Assembly: GCF_009914755.1 (NCBI RefSeq) | Contig: NC_060928.1 | Source: the human T2T-CHM13v2.0 reference genome, Homo sapiens | DNA length: 64,000 bases | Reading direction: 5' to 3' (one strand) | In this document: positions 57,862 to 64,000 of the stretch, in pieces | Layout: every line of letters begins with the position of its first letter | Position numbering within the stretch: position 1 is the first letter of the stretch | The notes under the pieces: generated by a model | What the model was told of the DNA's origin: nothing | The model's database searches: none | The model's input: only the letters and a program-made list of their open reading frames with translations | Position numbers and translations under genes: made by a program

Positions 57862-58756
57862 TCAATCTCCATGGCTCTTATCATTTGCCTTCTCTCATGC
57901 CTGACCTAGGTCTTCTATCAGTGCCTGTGTTCACAGCATGAACTCAGTATTTTCAAAACTCAGTATTTTCATCTGGGGCCAATACGCACTCAGATTTTAT
58001 CTTCTGGCTTCAATCATTTGTGGGTTTTGACTACTTGAGGAAAGAATAAGAAAGTGAATTCAATACACTTTGCAAAACATTTTTATAAAGGATGTACATC
58101 CATTTTGATCCTGTTTTGTTATCAGATCTTCTTGAGCCAAAATGTAATAATTGATCTTAGAACAATAATACCCTCTTGAAAACTCTAGAAGACTGTAGGC
58201 AAGCTAGTGAAAACTGCCTGAAGAATATCTGGTTGGCTCCTCCACGGTGAACCACACATGACTGTGGACAAGTCTTCTCTTTGTAACTTATGCACATACA
58301 CACTCACACGAACAATCACAAGAGTGCACACACTTGCAAAACCACAGGGATGCCTAGCCATGGGAATCTGTTTATATGTCCTGTAGATCACACACGCACA
58401 CACACATGTACGCACAATCTGCTTCCCTATATGGACATTTGAAAAGTTAGGCTTGCTATTATTCCTTAAAAGACCATAAATTAAATAGATTACATAACAA
58501 AATAAAACAGGAAAGAAGTGTACTTGACATTCTTCTTTCAGCAATTCAACCAAATTCAGTGTGAGGCGCTGGAGTCTTGGCTGTGTATGATGTGGATTAA
58601 TCATCATCATTGAGAATTTATCAAGTACCTACTGAGGACATGGCATTATTGCAAATAACTTTTCTTCAGGCTGTGGTTCCTTAAGAGAACCTTTAAAAGT
58701 ATCATAAACAAACAAAAATAAACAAAATAATATTCACTCAAAAAATCCTACTTAGT

Positions 58757-59103
58757 CTAAAAAAGTTGATCTCATGGCAGTAGCAAATAGAATGGTGGTT
58801 ACCAGAGGCTGGGAAGGGGGCAATGAAGAGAGGCTGGTTAATGGTACAAAAAATACAATTAGATAGAATAAATAATTTCTGGTGTTTCATAGCACAGTAA
58901 GGTACCTATAGATATCAATAATGCATTCTATATTTCCAAATAGCTGGAAGAGAAGAGGTGGAATGTTGTCAACACAAGGAGATGATGATAAATGTTTGAA
59001 TTCTAATTACCCTGATTTCATCATTATACATTGTATACATTGTATGCATTTTTCAAACCACATCTACCCCATAAATACATACGTTCATCATTATGCATCA
59101 ATA
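58757..59103 (+). mobile_element. L1MA 3' end
   Basis: ctaaaaaagttgatctcatgg.agtag..aatagaatggtggttaccagaggctgggaagg...ttagatagaa...aattaccctgattt.atcattatacattgtat...accccataaata. Confidence 0.88.
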
Positions 59104-59648
59104 GGAAATGTTTTGCCGGAAGAATTTCAATTTAGAATTGTAATACCTTGCCTTTTAAAGAAAATCTCAAATTTTTTAAATCAATTTATAAATCTTCTGT
59201 TCTCATGGGTACAAATAAAGTAACAGTTTTGAAAATATGTTTCTATTGTGCCACAACTCTATGAATAAATAAATAAATGTATGTAGAGAAAAATATTTAC
59301 AGTAAATTTGTCATTATCTTTATCTGGGTCAGAAGCTTCTGGCTTCAAATTTGCCAACTTTGGAGCAATTATTAGTCTCAGTTTTTCCAACAGATAATTA
59401 GCTGATGTTGAAGGCTAGAAAATAGTGTGTTCTCAGCATAGTCTAAAACATTTTACAGATTGTGAAGATGGATTACAATTTGCTATTAGATATTTACATT
59501 AATTAGATCTAGAATTATTTTCTTAGTGAAAACTTAGCCATGCAGAGTATGTTAATTGAAAGAGTCCCTGTCTTTCCAGAATGGACTAGCCGGAACTTAA
59601 AAGCAGAGAGAAAAACAACTACCTTGTTGAATATTCTAATTTAGTAGG

Positions 59649-59952
59649 TTTTTGTTTGCTTGCTTGCTTGTATGCTTTTTTAGAGACAAGGTCTTGTTCT
59701 GTCACCTCGGCTGGAGTGCAGTGGTACCATCCTGACTCTCTGCAGCCTTGGAGTCCTGGGCTCAAGCGATTCTCCTGCCCCAGCTACCTGAATAGCTAGG
59801 ACTACAAGCACATACCACCACAGTTGGCTAATTTTTTATTTTTATTTTTTGTAGAGATACTTTTCACTATCTTGTCCAGGCTGGTCTCGAACTCCCGGGC
59901 TCAAGTGATCCTCGTGTGTCTGCCTCTCAAAGTGCTGGGATTACAGACATGT
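59649..59952 (-). mobile_element. AluJ, missing its extreme 5' end
   Basis: agagacaaggtcttgttctgtcacc...ctgcagccttg..gtcctgggctcaagcg...cccgggctcaagtgatcctc...gattacagacatg. Confidence 0.9.
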
Positions 59953-60572
59953 TTTATTTTACAAAGAATAGAACAGATTTTCCCATGTTCATTAAGTTAA
60001 ATTAAAACAAGGTCACTTCTCTTATGTTAGGCTAACTTACAACACATTCTCAAACATAATTTTTGTCAATATATAAATGTACAAATAAATACTATATTGA
60101 TATATATTTAATATAGTGTGCACATACAATTAATATAATACATGTTGATATACATATTAATATAGTCAAGGTTTATATGATAGGAAAATTCCTACTTTGA
60201 AATATCAGAAGAAGCTCTCTAACCCTTCCTTACTAGACTTCAAGAAAAAGATTATTCTTTTTGTTTGCAGCAGAGTTGTTTGATGCTTATGGACATATGG
60301 AATATTACAACTATGATTGCCTAATTTTCTAGAAAACTTAAGCCCAAAGTGTCCACCTTATCAACTCCCAAGTTCATAGTATCTACCTCTCCTTAGCTAA
60401 GCAGTGAGTTGGAAAGCAGTGGAAGGGAAAAATGATGCTAGGATTTCTCCCTGTGGCCTGGATCAAAGCCTAGGGCCCACTACTGAGAAGGTTCAGAGCC
60501 CAGACCAAAAAGGTGTAGATCCAGGGAGCAGGTACACCCACATGAATTTAGGAACTTAAGGCGAAGGCCAGT

Positions 60573-60956
60573 TGTCTTAGTCCATTCTCACACTGCTATG
60601 AAGAGCTACCTGAGATTGAATAATTTATAAAGAAAAGAGATTTAATTGGCTCACAGTCCCGCAGGCTGTACAGGAAGCATGGGTAGGGAGGCCTCAGGAA
60701 ACCTTCAATCATGGCGGAAGGCGAAGGGGAAGCAGGCACGTCTTACATGACTGGAACAGGAGGAAGAGAGTGAAGGGGGAGGTGCCACACACTTTTAAAC
60801 AACCAGATCTCATGAGAACTCACTCACTATCTTGAGAACAGCAAGGGGGAAATCCTCCCCCATGATGTAATCATCTCCTACCAGGCCTTACCTCCAACAC
60901 TGGGGATTACAATTCAAAATGAGATTTCTATGGGGGCACAGAGCCAAACCATATCA
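60573..60956 (-). mobile_element. MSTA MaLR solo LTR
   Basis: tgtcttagtccattctcacactgctat...cacacttttaaacaaccagatctcatgagaactcactcactatc...gagccaaaccatatca; partial TSD ccagt / ccatg. Confidence 0.9.
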
Positions 60957-62026
60957 CCATGTTGGTTGCACCCAAGTGTGTCAGGACTACCTGGCTCCCG
61001 AGGAGACCACAAGGAGCCTTAAAGGGAAGACCAAGTGTGCACAGATTTAAAAAATAAGTTAAAATAATAATTAAAATCTTAAAGAAGGCATCAAGATAAT
61101 TTAACTATATAGCTTCTATTCAGTAATCTCTTAGATATCGCTGTACTCATCTTTCCTTGTTTTTTTGTGCTTTACCTAATCTGGATACTTCGCCAGATTA
61201 GAATTGTTCTCTTTATTATTAGTATTCCTTTTCATTATTCTGCTTAGAGTTTTAATAACTTAATGAGGGTTGAAGAATACTGAAAGTCATGCAGGCTCAA
61301 CATTGGGCAACAATCTGACAAAATAATACACTTAAAAGAGGCCAGGTCATTTGCTTGATGCCATAATTTCTGGGCCAAGCAATGAAGGCAGTGTCACAGG
61401 CCATTCAAGTATATAGCTTTGTTTCTCCTCTCTGCACTTAGGGAAGCTGAATCCCAGTATTATCTCTTTGAAATGCGAGGTCCTACAAGTGTATATCCTC
61501 ATATTAGCCTTAAGTTTAATTAATCAAATGGTCTCTCCAGTGTATGACTTGATTATATTGTAATTCCTTGACACAGTTGATATTTTATTTATAATTCAGT
61601 ATTAACTGTAAGGAATTTAATTTTTTCAGGTTTCTAATTGAATTCTGAAAAATCACGCAGTCCTCTAACTGAGTCTCTTATGTTACATTGATATAGCACG
61701 AGTCAAATGAAATATTTTATCATGAATTTTTTTAAGCAATATGAAAAATTACATATAGATTCCTTTTTTTATTTAAGGATATATTATACCAAAACTATTA
61801 CTGTACATTAACATTTTAATTGTATTAATTTTTTCTGTCACTTGTATCTTCCTTTGTATCTTCCAGTTCAGAAGGGAAACCCTTTTTTCCTCTTAAATCA
61901 TTTCTTGCTCTGTGAGCTACTATGGTGGTTAGGTTGGCAAGAGCCATTCCAGGCATGTGAATGTGGTTAAAAGCTATTTTTTTTCTCTCTCTTTCCCATA
62001 TACACATTGCCACATATAGCCATACA

Positions 62027-62028
<2 letters not shown>

Positions 62029-62072
<44 letters not shown>
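62029..62072. repeat. Perfect (AC)22 microsatellite
   Basis: Uninterrupted AC run. Confidence 0.97.
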
Positions 62073-62078
<6 letters not shown>

Positions 62079-64000
62079 CCACTATTAATCTGTAATGATC
62101 CGGAGGAATTCTAGGTATAAGAATGTTTGGAATGCCCCTAAGATAATGAATTTTTCATTCATGATCTTTCGTGCCAGGACTGCTGTGACTGCTAAGACAC
62201 GCCACACAGTTTCATGGGAAGAAACAGTGCCCCTTTGCCAGAGCCCAGTTAGCAAATTAGTATTATAATTATTATCAGCCATCTTACAACATCCGGCAGC
62301 AATCGAGATATCATTTTTTTCTCCTAAACTGCAAGTTAAACGGTGTAATTACATATGGTTCTATGAATTATCTTTTACTGTCAACCTCGATCATCTCCAA
62401 ACCTCAAGTTAAATAATTCAAGATTATAAGCTCAAGTAACATAATATATAAAAATTAATGTATTGCTAATTTTAAAGTAGTCCTGACAGAGAGGCTGATG
62501 TAAATGAGCTATTTTTACCATGCTTTTTGCCAACTGTACTGTCTGAAGATGCTGGCCAATGTTTGAAAGCTCTTTTAACTCAGAACTCCCTCAGATGTTC
62601 TTTTATGATAAGGAATAAAGGAGAAAGCAGAAAAGCTTTGTATCTGTGGTAATGAAAGAAGGTCAGAAGCTATAGCATGTAGATTTTTGGAAAAGAGTCA
62701 GAACTTTTTAGAGAGAAAAGATAAAGATTATTAGCAACACTGACCTTGCAATCCACTGTAATCATTCCTAGGCTAAACTGAAGCTTTTGTGGAACAAATA
62801 ACATGTTGACCCCCAAAATAACCTCATTATGACTATGAACAATAGTAAAGTACATAGGCAGAAGCCACAAGAGGCTTTGTTTTAAATTATAGCAGCAACA
62901 TCAGACTCACATAAACTCTAAGCAGAACCTCCTCCATGTTTTACCTTTTTTGAACATAGGAGGATTGCATATACTGTACTTTTCTTGTTTGCATTATCAC
63001 TATACTGATCATATATTATCATCTTTTGATAGTGACAGGGATGCTATTATTATTATGCAGGAAGAGGAAGAAACCGAGACTGTCCACGGGAAGTGAGACT
63101 ACATAGTCATCCTAGAAATATATTCATGATGAAGAAAAGATGTTATTAAGCATATGTGCCCTCTGGGATTTGAATAGTGGGTTCTAGTTTGTGACACAAT
63201 CTAACAATAAATAAGTTCAACTGGCAAATTTGATTAACATAGAGATTTGTTGCCAGGAAAAAAAAAGTGATCTATTTTCACCCAAGTTTCAGCCACAATG
63301 TTTTAAAAGTTATGTTCAACGGACAGTGATAATATGATCTAACAAGTATCAGAAATGGAGTCTCCTGTATGAATTGCAAGTGTAATAAAACAAGTTGGTG
63401 TAAATATAGGTCTATCAGTAGAAATCTCCTCGGGTGCAGTTTTTGTTTTTAAAGACCTGCAGAACATTGTGGGAATTCCAATAAAATATATGTATGGATC
63501 CCCACACAGAAATTCCAGTATGTTTCTGTTTTGTAGAAGGATATTTAACAATCAGTCTAGAGAATTCAGTAGTCATAATTAATACTATTGACAAATCATT
63601 TAGGAAAAAGGAAATTTCTGTCAAAAATAGTATCAAAATACACATGAACACCAAAGATTAGGCCCAATTTAGTTATTCCTTCAATTGCTACCTTAATTTT
63701 TAAGGCTGCTTTTATGTGAAACTGTGGTATTTCACTAAAATATTCCAAAGTTCGTTTATTCTATCTAAAGGGCAACTAGTAAATACATACATCTACTTTG
63801 AGTTTTAATTGAATAAATTATTTAAAACACCTAAACCCGTCATATCTAGTGGTACAATCTGACTCTGTTTAGACATTCCAAGTCTAAAACTGATCGATAG
63901 GTTTCTGGGATCAATGAAAAGAATACTGAAATAACAACCAGGAGGCCTAGCTGGATGGAACTAGTCTTGTGAAACTGTGGGTGAATGGTTAAGTCTCTTT

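Noticed and set aside
57941-57971. 16-bp tandem duplication aactcagtattttcaa
   Set aside because: Real, but an ordinary slippage event.
58185-58610. 141-aa minus-strand ORF starting MMM
   Set aside because: It crosses a (TG)-rich tract and has no recognisable domain or splice context; compatible with chance.

Overview
AT-rich, CpG-poor primate (catarrhine, human-like) nuclear DNA that looks like a large intron or intergenic region. It is dominated by transposable elements: a complete but decayed Tigger1 inside an old L1ME, a solo ERV9 LTR12, MaLR LTRs (THE1A nested in MSTB, THE1B, MSTA), a MER34-like LTR, about 9 Alus or Alu fragments, MIR/L2/MER relics, and a full-length but dead ~6.1 kb L1PA5/6-like element sitting in the linker of an Alu. 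I could not recognise any host protein-coding gene. Nearly all ORFs in the supplied track are TE-derived or chance. The most unusual structure is at 26.8-35.9 kb: two related copies of a chimeric L1 (an L1PB 3' tail embedded in ORF2), one in a twin-priming arrangement, later interrupted by an Alu and then by the full-length L1. Other leads are a candidate 15-nt microexon (39691-39705), a chimeric AluSp/AluY, and a perfect 38-bp tandem duplication. Repeat subfamily calls come from remembered consensus sequences and need RepeatMasker/Dfam confirmation. I see no evidence for a new biological system beyond these leads.
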